From a virus (lineage: Duplodnaviria > Caudoviricetes), in the IMG/VR virus record IMGVR_UViG_3300037465_000435, positions 1 to 27,427 of that record: a DNA stretch of 27,427 bases; one strand, 5' to 3'. This document shows, one piece after another, positions 8,852 to 16,263 of this stretch. Under the pieces are notes generated by a model. The model was not told the DNA's origin. It was given only the letters and a program-made list of their open reading frames with translations, and did no database searches. The position numbers and the translations under genes are program-made. The first letter of the stretch is position 1. Each line of letters begins with the position of its first letter.

Positions 8852-9466
8852 TCAAGCGGCCGGCGTATGCTTGCGCAAGAGGTCTTCTCCCACGCCAAGG
8901 TTGCGCGCGACCACGAGGTCCGTCTCGGTGATGTCCTTCGCCGACACATCACCCGTCGGCGGCAGCGGCTGCACGGGGGCGACGACCGGTTGCTTCGCCC
9001 AGAAGGCCTCGAACTTCTGCAGGTCCTTTGCGGCGAACTCACGCTGGTGCTTCATCCACTCGGGATCCGCCTTTTGTGTCGGCATGATCCGGCCCTCGGT
9101 GAAGGCCTTGGCGATGATGCGATCAAGCTCCCGGTCCAGCTCGCGGTCCTTGAGCTGCGCGATCTCGGCCTGAAGCGTCGGGACCTGGTCGGCGGCCGAC
9201 TTCGCCGCCACGATCATGACCTTCACTTCCGGCAGCGACGCATCGTCCTTCGCGCCGATCGCACCAAAGAGGTCGGCCTTCGCGGCGACGACATCCTTGA
9301 GCTGGGTGAGCGCGGCGAGGACATCCTTCGCCGTTACCTCGCTCGACGCCGACACGGCTGCCGTCAGCTGGCCGATGAGCTTCCTCAGTTCGGCGACGCA
9401 TTCCTCGGCCGTCGCGGTGACGGGCATGTTGAGGAAGTAGCGGACGCGTTCGATGAGTTCATCCAT
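8852..9466 (-). CDS. Nested in-frame scaffold protein (Mu gpZ-like), internal start
   Basis: GGAAGG SD before in-frame ATG 9466 (MDELIERVRYFLNMP), just after the protease domain. This matches the known Mu I/Z arrangement. Confidence 0.65.
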   Translation of the reverse strand: MDELIERVRYFLNMPVTATAEECVAELRKLIGQLTAAVSASSEVTAKDVLAALTQLKDVVAAKADLFGAIGAKDDASLPEVKVMIVAAKSAADQVPTLQAEIAQLKDRELDRELDRIIAKAFTEGRIMPTQKADPEWMKHQREFAAKDLQKFEAFWAKQPVVAPVQPLPPTGDVSAKDITETDLVVARNLGVGEDLLRKHTPAA

Positions 9467-10090
9467 GGTAGAATCCTTCCCTGAAATGGTGAGTTGGTGC
9501 TTTGCGATGATCGGAGCCAGCCCATCGAGCAGCGGCTCATTGGTGAGGCCGGCGTTCTTGAGGATACATCGTTCACGCTGACCCGTCTCCTTGTCAATGC
9601 CGTTGAGGGCGAAGACGGGAGAGATGTAGCGATACTCCCGGTTCAGGATGAACTGCTTCGCGCGCTCGGTCCAGCTGCTGACCTTCGCACGCAGCACGCG
9701 CTTCCCGTCGCGCACGATCGAATAGACGGCCGAGATCCAACCGGCGGCAGGAGCGATGTCATCGCTGAGCGTCTGATGTTCATAGTCGATGACGAGATCT
9801 CGATTCGGATGTCGTGCTCGGCGCGCGTTGAACTGAGCCTCGGCGGCGAGAATGTCCTCGCCCGTCACCGTGAACGGGACGTGAGCCGCCGGGACGATCG
9901 TACCGTCCGGAAGGCGGCGCTCGGGGACCAGACGGTAGTATGATCCCTCGACCAGAACATCGATCTCAGATGGGACTTCCTCCGATGTCAGATCCGCGCC
10001 AGCGCAGATCAGGACGTCGTCCGTGAGGAGGTCCAGCGCCCGACAAAGGTGCAGCGTGTCGTCAACCAACAGGACCTGATGATGTCGCAT
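8852..10090 (-). CDS. Mu gpI-like prohead protease with C-terminal scaffold (start uncertain: 10090 or 10126)
   Basis: IDYEHQT, APAAGWI, WTERA, EYRYISPVF and GLTNEP motifs. Confidence 0.93.
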   Translation of the reverse strand: MRHHQVLLVDDTLHLCRALDLLTDDVLICAGADLTSEEVPSEIDVLVEGSYYRLVPERRLPDGTIVPAAHVPFTVTGEDILAAEAQFNARRARHPNRDLVIDYEHQTLSDDIAPAAGWISAVYSIVRDGKRVLRAKVSSWTERAKQFILNREYRYISPVFALNGIDKETGQRERCILKNAGLTNEPLLDGLAPIIAKHQLTISGKDSTMDELIERVRYFLNMPVTATAEECVAELRKLIGQLTAAVSASSEVTAKDVLAALTQLKDVVAAKADLFGAIGAKDDASLPEVKVMIVAAKSAADQVPTLQAEIAQLKDRELDRELDRIIAKAFTEGRIMPTQKADPEWMKHQREFAAKDLQKFEAFWAKQPVVAPVQPLPPTGDVSAKDITETDLVVARNLGVGEDLLRKHTPAA

Positions 10091-10400
10091 CTGCTTCACG
10101 ATCTCGACCTCTCTTGATGTCTTCACGCAGGCGTTGGTAGATCCGATCCTGCATGCCTTTGATGTCCGTCAGCTTCTGGATGTCGGGATCCCGCATCACT
10201 TCCTGCAGGACCGCTGCCACGATATGCTTCACAATCAGGTCTCTGAGCCAGGCGATGCGCAGGAGCAGGACCGCCAGCACCCAGATGAAGACCTGCAGAC
10301 CGATGATGTAGACTTTGATCAGCTCATCAAGCCCTGGGCTGAACCACGTTCCCGCCATCAGTCCGGTGAGAACGATCCACTCCTTCGCGCCTGCGCTCAT
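10062..10400 (-). CDS. Membrane protein, holin-like candidate
   Basis: Hydrophobic segments, located close to the endolysin, TGATG coupling with the upstream gene. Confidence 0.5.
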   Translation of the reverse strand: MSAGAKEWIVLTGLMAGTWFSPGLDELIKVYIIGLQVFIWVLAVLLLRIAWLRDLIVKHIVAAVLQEVMRDPDIQKLTDIKGMQDRIYQRLREDIKRGRDREADATSSGPVG

Positions 10401-10660
10401 CAGTCAGCGCTCTCATTCAACTCCTCGGCCAACGCTTCAATTCGCTTGGCGACCTTGTCGTAGTCCTGCTTCTTCCGGGCGATGGCGTTCATCCAAATTT
10501 CCAACTTCACAGGGTCGAGCTTGCGCACATAGGACAGATCATCATCCATCGGATCGAAGTGGTAGAGGATCGACTTCACGGTACTGTCGATCTCCACCGC
10601 CAGGCGCAATCGCTCGCGCTTCAGGCGCTGCAGTTCCCCGACCTTGGTGTCTCGGTTCAT
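10400..10660 (-). CDS. Hypothetical coiled-coil protein (86 aa)
   Basis: Fills the operon gap between endolysin and membrane protein. Translationally coupled to the next gene. Confidence 0.7.
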   Translation of the reverse strand: MNRDTKVGELQRLKRERLRLAVEIDSTVKSILYHFDPMDDDLSYVRKLDPVKLEIWMNAIARKKQDYDKVAKRIEALAEELNESAD

Positions 10661-10667
10661 AACACGC

Positions 10668-11324
10668 TCACAGTCTGTAGCGACGCATGATCGTGATCAG
10701 CTTCAATGCGTAGTCCGGGTCCGTCGCATAACCCGACCGCGCGATCATCCGGGCGAAGTCCTGAGGAGATGTCGTCTCGAATGCGGAGCGATAGCGTGCG
10801 GATCCGGAGAGATACCTGCCGTGCGCGTCGAAGCATTGATCCAGCGACATATACTTTGCAAAGCGTACAGCCTGGCCGGCCACAATCGAGCCGTTGATGA
10901 TTGTCTTCTCCCGGAGCACCACCCATTGGAGCGAGTCGACGAACGGTCGCAATGCCGCGTAGGTGTGCCCGAACGTATTGTTGGCGCCGAGATCGCTCAG
11001 TCCGAAGTGACTTTCCAGCACCCATTGAGAGATGGTCACTCCTTTCGGAACGCGGTAGAGTTCTTCGACCCGTTGTGCAAGAGCGAAGATTGTGTCGGGG
11101 ATGAAGCCGACTCGGAATTGTGATCGCTGAGGAACTCGGAATTGTGCAACGGTGGCGATTGTATCGATCGGGAGGCGGTCGGTGGCCCAGGCGGCGATGA
11201 CGTCGTCGAGAATGCCCACCGCTTGAGCGTCTGCATCATCCAGGCCCACAAGGTGACCAAGGGCGAGAAAGACACTCGCGGCGATGGCGCAGCCGAGGAG
11301 GAAGGCAAATACGACTCTTCGCAT
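10668..11324 (-). CDS. Endolysin, GH73 glucosaminidase/FlgJ-like, with N-terminal signal/SAR segment
   Basis: QWVLESHFG, NNTFG and GYATDPDYALKL motifs. Hydrophobic Ala/Gly-rich N-terminus. Confidence 0.9.
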   Translation of the reverse strand: MRRVVFAFLLGCAIAASVFLALGHLVGLDDADAQAVGILDDVIAAWATDRLPIDTIATVAQFRVPQRSQFRVGFIPDTIFALAQRVEELYRVPKGVTISQWVLESHFGLSDLGANNTFGHTYAALRPFVDSLQWVVLREKTIINGSIVAGQAVRFAKYMSLDQCFDAHGRYLSGSARYRSAFETTSPQDFARMIARSGYATDPDYALKLITIMRRYRL

Positions 11325-11818
11325 GGAGACGTCGGCTCATGTTGGGGAGGAAAGTTCAGTCGCGCGAATGGTCCGGAGCGCTTGAGAGCGGCGCGGTCAT
11401 ATGCGCGGGCTGCGAGCTCCGCGGTTGTGAATCGACCGAGATAGATCGTGCGGTAATCGACGCTGATCTGTGCGGTCCACTCGCCGTTCGATGCCGGGTG
11501 CACTCCACGGAATCCAGTCTTGTTGTGTTTCGGCAAGCGCCGATTGCTCTGCCTTTGTTGTGCATCTGCCACAGCAAGATTGGAGCGGCGATTGTCGAGA
11601 CCGTTGTTGTTGCGATGTATGACTTGAGTTCCCGCTCCAACACCCAGGAGGGACCGATGCATCGTCAGCCATTGCCTGCTCGCACGGGATCCAACAGCTC
11701 TCACCGCATGAAGGCATCCCTTTCGATTGCGAAGAGACCATTTGAACTCAGTCACCGACGGATAGTCCGCGTCGTCGACAATCGCACTGGCACCCTTGGA
11801 GAGCGACACGGTCTTCAT
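11036..11818 (-). CDS. HNH-AP2 domain protein (homing-endonuclease-like), degenerate HNH site, C-terminal tail overlapping the endolysin
   Basis: AIVDDADY, MHR, HRNNNGLDNRRSNL, TGFRGV, YLGRF...AARAYD...FARLNFP. The recognisable fold ends near 11348. Confidence 0.85.
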   Translation of the reverse strand: MKTVSLSKGASAIVDDADYPSVTEFKWSLRNRKGCLHAVRAVGSRASRQWLTMHRSLLGVGAGTQVIHRNNNGLDNRRSNLAVADAQQRQSNRRLPKHNKTGFRGVHPASNGEWTAQISVDYRTIYLGRFTTAELAARAYDRAALKRSGPFARLNFPPQHEPTSPCEESYLPSSSAAPSPRVSFSPLVTLWAWMMQTLKRWAFSTTSSPPGPPTASRSIQSPPLHNSEFLSDHNSESASSPTQSSLLHNGSKNSTAFRKE

Positions 11819-11831
11819 CAGAGTGAGCGTA

Positions 11832-11887
11832 GAAAATGAAAAAGCCCCGATGCGGTTCTCTTTCGGCGAGAGAACTACATCGGGGCT
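11832..11887 (-). terminator. Leader hairpin with U-rich tail (attenuator, copy 1)
   Basis: AGCCCCGATG...CATCGGGGCT stem with inner GTTCTCT/AGAGAAC, followed by TTTTCATTTTCT. Confidence 0.8.
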
Positions 11888-11932
11888 CCTTATGATCGGA
11901 TGACCCTCGGTGGGCGGTTACGGCCCTATGTC
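11881..11932 (-). promoter_or_regulatory. Conserved late-operon leader element, copy 1
   Basis: GACATAGGGCCGTAACCGCCCACCGAGGGTCATCCGATCATAAGGAGCCCCG, 47/52 identical and ungapped against 23938-23989. Confidence 0.9.
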
Positions 11933-11949
11933 ACTTCAATTGCTGAACC

Positions 11950-11978
11950 AACTTACGAAGTCACGGAGAGTTTGTCAA
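11950..11978 (-). promoter_or_regulatory. sigma70-type promoter of the leftward late operon
   Basis: TTGACA (11978-11973), 17 nt, TAAGTT (11955-11950). Ends 17 nt before leader copy 1. Confidence 0.8.
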
Positions 11979-12005
11979 GTCCCTGAATGACCTCGTCAAC
12001 CGCTT

Positions 12006-12734
12006 CTATTCGGTCGACATCGTATCTGCCGGATTCGAAACGGCCGCCTTGACAGGGTTTCTTTGGCCGAACGTAAAATCTATTGTGATGTTGCCAGTCA
12101 GCAGCCCAAGGACGAAGCCCACAATCAGGCCGGCGGCAACTCGCACGATCAGCTTGTAGGCTCGGTCCTTTCTGTTTGATCGCGCTGCTCGGATGCTGCA
12201 TTCGTGAAACGCATTCGCAGCGAGAGAAATTTGCTCATGGATGACTTTGAGCCGGTCAACGTCGACGATGTAGGCTTCGATGACTCCAACAATATTTGAG
12301 CTCAGGTCTTTCGCCGCTCGATGTTTGGCAAAGCTCTCTCCGATTTTGGCGATTTCGCGCTTTAGATTCCAGTAGTTTGGGAGCACTTCCGTAAGAATCG
12401 CGGCACTGTATGGTCGAACAGTCGCTTCGATCATCTCCTTCAGAGAGATCTGAGTTCCATCTAGAGCGTCAAACCCGGCCCTAAAGACATGGCCAATTGC
12501 CTTGTCGATATTCTCCGAGAAGGATGCTTCGTCTTCAACGCCACCAACATGATGGAGCTTCTTGTGAAATGCTGCCATCGTATGATCGAAGGCGTCCCTG
12601 AATTCCTTGATTGTCTGAATGTTCGACTTCGAGTGCGGGTCGATCTCCTCACTATACAACACCAACGTCTTCACCTGCACATACAAATCGACAAGCCTGA
12701 GCAGCGTCTCACGTTCGTGCGTTGAGAGCGTCAT
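12006..12734 (-). CDS. Accessory protein with RxxxxH (HEPN-like) motif and C-terminal transmembrane helix
   Basis: All-helical, with EFRDAFDH and GHVFRAGFDALD, and a TM segment LIVRVAAGLIVGFVLGLLTG. Visibly more AT-rich than the structural genes. Confidence 0.7.
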   Translation of the reverse strand: MTLSTHERETLLRLVDLYVQVKTLVLYSEEIDPHSKSNIQTIKEFRDAFDHTMAAFHKKLHHVGGVEDEASFSENIDKAIGHVFRAGFDALDGTQISLKEMIEATVRPYSAAILTEVLPNYWNLKREIAKIGESFAKHRAAKDLSSNIVGVIEAYIVDVDRLKVIHEQISLAANAFHECSIRAARSNRKDRAYKLIVRVAAGLIVGFVLGLLTGNITIDFTFGQRNPVKAAVSNPADTMSTE

Positions 12735-12803
12735 GATGGGCAGTCCACTGCGATGGTGGGGAAGTGCGCGCTTGTACCCTGATGGGATTTTGGGCGAACG
12801 AGC

Positions 12804-13067
12804 CTAAGGAAGCTGGAGAGCTTCCACGCGGCGCGCCCGTTCGCGGAATTCAGAAGGCGTATAGTACCGACCGTTCTTGAGTCGGACCGAGCCTCTGATG
12901 CGAGGAGCATATCTCGATGCTGACTCCCGATTGAAGGAATCAGGATCGGAATCAGGAAACTCGCGGCCAATGACGTCCTCGAGCCTCTGAGCGCCGATTG
13001 TCTTTAGGAGAATGGACAAAATCTCCTTGCGGATGGAGAAGGTCTTGCTCATGACGATTCTTGCCAT
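12804..13067 (-). CDS. Small hypothetical protein, probable partner of the downstream gene (start may be 13052)
   Basis: Co-oriented ORF with a RGSVRLKNGRYYT...EF motif. Confidence 0.6.
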   Translation of the reverse strand: MARIVMSKTFSIRKEILSILLKTIGAQRLEDVIGREFPDSDPDSFNRESASRYAPRIRGSVRLKNGRYYTPSEFRERARRVEALQLP

Positions 13068-13366
13068 AATGGCTTGTCACCGCTGGCGCGGCGACCGTGT
13101 GAGCCGGTCAACAACTCATCACCGGACAGGAAATTGCATTTGGAAGTTCCTGACTCCTTCTAGGGTTGGAGAAGAAGTCCCCTGGGTTACACTTGACCAC
13201 CGTAGCTGGATGCGGGCGCATCCAGAGTAGACGGCGACCCCACACGAGTAGCCATGCACAGCGAATACAAGTTAACGCATGTCCGAAACAACCGCAACAG
13301 TCAAACCCTGATTAGAAATACGTCACAGACGGTAGATGGTTTCGAGTCCAATCCTTAAAGAATCAA

Positions 13367-13382
13367 TGTGACGTTCGTCACA
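13367..13382. promoter_or_regulatory. Palindrome matching the CRP-type core TGTGA-N6-TCACA
   Basis: TGTGACGTTCGTCACA in a ~420-bp intergenic region. Confidence 0.4.
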
Positions 13383-13433
13383 CGGCTCCGGAAAACTAAC
13401 CGCGAACGAGAGTGACCGGCATCTGATTCCACG

Positions 13434-13468
13434 TGCGCCCGGAGTGTCTCCGGACCGCAGTTTTTTTT
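13434..13468 (+). terminator. Intrinsic terminator-like hairpin, plus-strand orientation
   Basis: CCGGAG-TGT-CTCCGG stem extended by TGCG/CGCA, then T8. Confidence 0.55.
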
Positions 13469-13492
13469 CCCGACGCGACGACCGAGGATTCA

Positions 13493-14302
13493 TCAAAGTT
13501 CAAGCTGCTGCGGCGAAGTGGACGGGCGATCGGTCGTGGCCTGGAGAGTTACGTTCGATGGGGGGTAGTCGATTCCCCGTTTGTTCAGTATATCCTCGAT
13601 CGTCAAGAGCTGCAATCGAGGGTACTTCTTGTTCCATCCTTTCGAGTGATAGAATCCTGCGGAGGCACATTCTTTTACCATGTCCTTTGTTGGATCCTCC
13701 AGAGTAATGAGCACGCCAATCTCGGCCTCTTCCCTGTCGAGGACGCCGCGCAAATCCCTGATGTCTCTAACAGAGACTGATCCCGACTTAACCGACAGTA
13801 TGATTTCCTTCGTCTTCCCCTTTGCCTCGTCGTGGAAGTAGATTCTTCCGTCGATTCCCTTGTCGGGACCCTTCTTCTGCTCTACGGGCCGCGCACCAAC
13901 GAGTCCGAGTGCCCAGAATTGAAATTGGAACCGGTCTTCCTTTGATAAAGACACCGCGTCTGGCAACGAGACAGGTTCTCCCACCACATCAAATCGAGCT
14001 TCGCCCTGGAACGAACGTGAGAGCCTATGCTTGATCAGAGCAATCGCAAGATGCGTGATGTCAATGCCGACCCAGGTGCGTTGTTGCTTCTGGGCAGAGT
14101 AGATTGTTGTTCCGCAGCCACAGAATGGGTCCAAAACTACGCCGTCTTTTGGACATGCCGCGTTGATGATCCTATCCAAAAGGCCAATGGGTTTCTGAGT
14201 CGGATAGCCTAACCTTTCGGGATCTGTTGTACCCAGCCAAGCAACATCTGCGTCGAGTTCAGTTTCTTCGCTTCGTACTCGATCCGTGCCTTCGCCAGCC
14301 AC
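13493..14302 (-). pseudogene. 5'-truncated N4/N6 DNA methyltransferase-Mrr-like endonuclease fusion
   Basis: Has YPTQKP, VLDPFCGCGTT (SAM-binding) and DKGIDG...SVK, but no DPPY/DPPF catalytic motif or N-terminal half. Its 5' end overlaps the immA-like gene. Confidence 0.75.
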
Positions 14303-14670
14303 GGCGACACGCTGTGTCGATCGACTAGCGCTTCGATCGAATCATTCCATTTGACTATGGGAATGCGACAGAGCGCCGCGAACAATGTCGCTGCGCGCTC
14401 TTCCTTGATCGCATAGTGCATCGTGCAAGTCGAGTCGTGGAAGTGATGCCACAACTCATGCCAGGCCCAATCGCGCCGCTCTTGAAACGACAGAGAAGAG
14501 TTCAGGATGATCGCTCGATAACCGCTCACGCGCACGTACACACCGAACACGTCCGGACTCAACCCCTCTTTGGTGTGGACGATTCCTTCCTTCTCACAGA
14601 TCGTTTTGAACGAAAGCGGTGTCCCGTATTCCTCCACGAGCTTCAGATAGAACCGTTCAACCGACCGCAT
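14209..14670 (-). CDS. ImmA/IrrE-family metallopeptidase (anti-repressor)
   Basis: IILNSSLS...RRDWAWHELWHHF (HExxH), later EERAATLFAA. Starts 4 nt after the repressor stop. Confidence 0.88.
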   Translation of the reverse strand: MRSVERFYLKLVEEYGTPLSFKTICEKEGIVHTKEGLSPDVFGVYVRVSGYRAIILNSSLSFQERRDWAWHELWHHFHDSTCTMHYAIKEERAATLFAALCRIPIVKWNDSIEALVDRHSVSPWLAKARIEYEAKKLNSTQMLLGWVQQIPKG

Positions 14671-14674
14671 CTCC

Positions 14675-15064
14675 TCACTTCTTCTTTCGAAACGCCTCCT
14701 TGATGATGCGTCGAGCCTGATCTATTTGTCCAGGCTCCAGCTCCGACAATCCATCAACGATCTTCTGCATCGCTTCTCGCATTTCTTTGCTCAACCCCGC
14801 CGGAGCATGGAAGGCGACGAACGCCTCTGTCTCTGATTTCTTCTTCGTCCCCCCACCCTTGTCGCCCGTCATCAGCCACTCGATGTCGCAGCCAAGCTCC
14901 CGTAGCCTCGCCTGCATCTTGTTGCCCGGCCGGATCGCGCCGGACATGTAGTTGCTTAACGTGGACTGGGGAATACCCAAGGCCTCAGCAAATGCCTTGA
15001 GATTGGAAAACCGGCTTAGCCCGAATTCCCGTATCCGCACGCCAATCTTGGCAGTATCAGTCAT
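14675..15064 (-). CDS. XRE-family phage repressor
   Basis: FAEALGIPQSTLSNY HTH and DIEWLMTG. Divergent from the early operon. No S24 autoprotease domain. Confidence 0.9.
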   Translation of the reverse strand: MTDTAKIGVRIREFGLSRFSNLKAFAEALGIPQSTLSNYMSGAIRPGNKMQARLRELGCDIEWLMTGDKGGGTKKKSETEAFVAFHAPAGLSKEMREAMQKIVDGLSELEPGQIDQARRIIKEAFRKKK

Positions 15065-15087
15065 GTAAAGAAATCTTCAATTCGTAC

Positions 15088-15116
15088 TTGACACGACTTA
15101 CAGAAATATGTAAGTT
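15088..15116 (+). promoter_or_regulatory. Early promoter (sigma70-type)
   Basis: TTGACA (15088-15093), 17 nt, TAAGTT (15111-15116). Confidence 0.85.
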
Positions 15117-15135
15117 GTCCGTGAACTTATTCACG
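15093..15135. promoter_or_regulatory. Candidate operators overlapping the early promoter
   Basis: Inverted repeats ACTTACA-N6-TGTAAGT (15096-15115) and CGTGAA-N4-TTCACG (15120-15135). Confidence 0.6.
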
Positions 15136-15149
15136 AAGCGACCGCACTC

Positions 15150-15335
15150 ATGATCTCTCCGAAGCCCCTATCTGTCGAGATCCTGCTGCTCCGTAAAGGC
15201 ATCAGCCGTCGCGATCTCATGAAACAATTCCGCGTCGGTCCCGCTGCAATCTCGATGGCGCTCTCGGGTCAACGGCTTTCGCTTCTGAAGCGGATTCACC
15301 ACTTCGCCAAGACCACAGAGAGGAAGGCAGCCTGA
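15150..15335 (+). CDS. Ner/Cro-like HTH regulator
   Basis: 61 aa, GISRRDLMKQFRVGPAAISMALSG. First gene divergent from the repressor. Confidence 0.8.
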   Translation: MISPKPLSVEILLLRKGISRRDLMKQFRVGPAAISMALSGQRLSLLKRIHHFAKTTERKAA

Positions 15336-15400
15336 AGTGAAGACGCCTTCCTCGGCTTCCCTAGAGATGCTGTTTAAAGGGGTCTTAGAGGCCCACTTAT

Positions 15401-15410
15401 GGGGGGGGGG
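15401..15410 (+). repeat. G10 homopolymer tract
   Basis: Ten consecutive G, followed by AATTTGTTCCCCC (can form a GGGGGAA/TTCCCCC hairpin). Confidence 0.9.
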
Positions 15411-15437
15411 AATTTGTTCCCCCTCGAAAGGTAGGCA

Positions 15438-15770
15438 ATGGTAGGCATTCGGGCAAGGATGGCCACTGGAGGCCTGACAATCAAGGGGCTCGCTCGCGAA
15501 CTGGGCACTCCGCCTATCTCCATCCGGCATTTCCTCAACCGTCGATGGGACAGGCTCGGCCGCCGGCGCCGTCAACTTATCCGCCAATTCCTGATTCACA
15601 AGGGGTTGATCGATCCACCGAAGCCCCGTCCGAAATGCGTCTGCGTTCACTGCGGCAAAGTCCACGTTCGTCCTCGCAATCCATTTGCTGGTCCACGGCA
15701 ATCTACACCGACCACGTCTGCCGCACAATCAGAAACCGTTGAGATGAATTCCGCAAGAGGAGATCGATGA
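15438..15770 (+). CDS. HTH protein with a Cys/His cluster
   Basis: LTIKGLARELGTPPISIRHFLN HTH and CVCVHCGKVH. Confidence 0.7.
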   Translation: MVGIRARMATGGLTIKGLARELGTPPISIRHFLNRRWDRLGRRRRQLIRQFLIHKGLIDPPKPRPKCVCVHCGKVHVRPRNPFAGPRQSTPTTSAAQSETVEMNSARGDR

Positions 15771-16054
15771 AAGCGCTTGACGACAGATACGAGGAGATGG
15801 TGGCGCGGGGAGAGATCACAAATCCTTCACTGAAGAGGGACGCCAACGGTCGATTAGTACTTGGCCCAGACGGGCTTGCAGTCGAGTTGGGTATGTATCT
15901 CGAGCGCCGCCGAGAGCGCGAAGCCTCCCGGTCGCGCCAACAAATCGATCGAACAAGAACACGCGCTCTTCGTTGGACAACAGTGCTGCGATTAATCCCA
16001 TTTGCGTTTCGTCTTCAGATTCTACGATTCGCGCGATGGCGTCATCGACTATGA
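15767..16054 (+). CDS. Hypothetical protein
   Basis: AGAGGAG SD and ATGA overlap with the previous gene. Much of it overlaps an antisense ORF. Confidence 0.5.
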   Translation: MKALDDRYEEMVARGEITNPSLKRDANGRLVLGPDGLAVELGMYLERRREREASRSRQQIDRTRTRALRWTTVLRLIPFAFRLQILRFARWRHRL

Positions 16055-16226
16055 GAATGTTCTCGCTCCTCAATCGCTCTAGAGTCTTGCGTTCTCCGAA
16101 TAGGAGGAGCGATTTGCCGAGTTGGAGGGTCTGTCGCCTGGTAAAGACGAGATCCAGAAGCGAATCAACCTCGGCAAGCACCTGCGAGGCAGTTAGTTCG
16201 ACAGTTTCTGGTTCGTAAGTATTCAT
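15816..16226 (-). CDS. Hypothetical antisense-oriented protein within the early operon
   Basis: ATG 16226 (MNTYEPETVEL), amphipathic helical composition, fills a plus-strand coding gap. Confidence 0.45.
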   Translation of the reverse strand: MNTYEPETVELTASQVLAEVDSLLDLVFTRRQTLQLGKSLLLFGERKTLERLRSENILIVDDAIARIVESEDETQMGLIAALLSNEERVFLFDRFVGATGRLRALGGARDTYPTRLQARLGQVLIDRWRPSSVKDL

Positions 16227-16263
16227 ACCGAGAACGTACTGAGCTTTTCCTGCGAGAGCAATT

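Noticed and set aside
656-9943. Long plus-strand ORFs (e.g. 1898-2722, 4136-5269, 6660-7661, 8867-9484)
   Set aside because: Shadows of well-supported minus-strand structural genes.
11110-11146. 13-bp direct repeat ACTCGGAATTGTG (11110 and 11134) in the endolysin linker
   Set aside because: Two copies only, an in-frame local duplication (QFRV twice). It is not an array.
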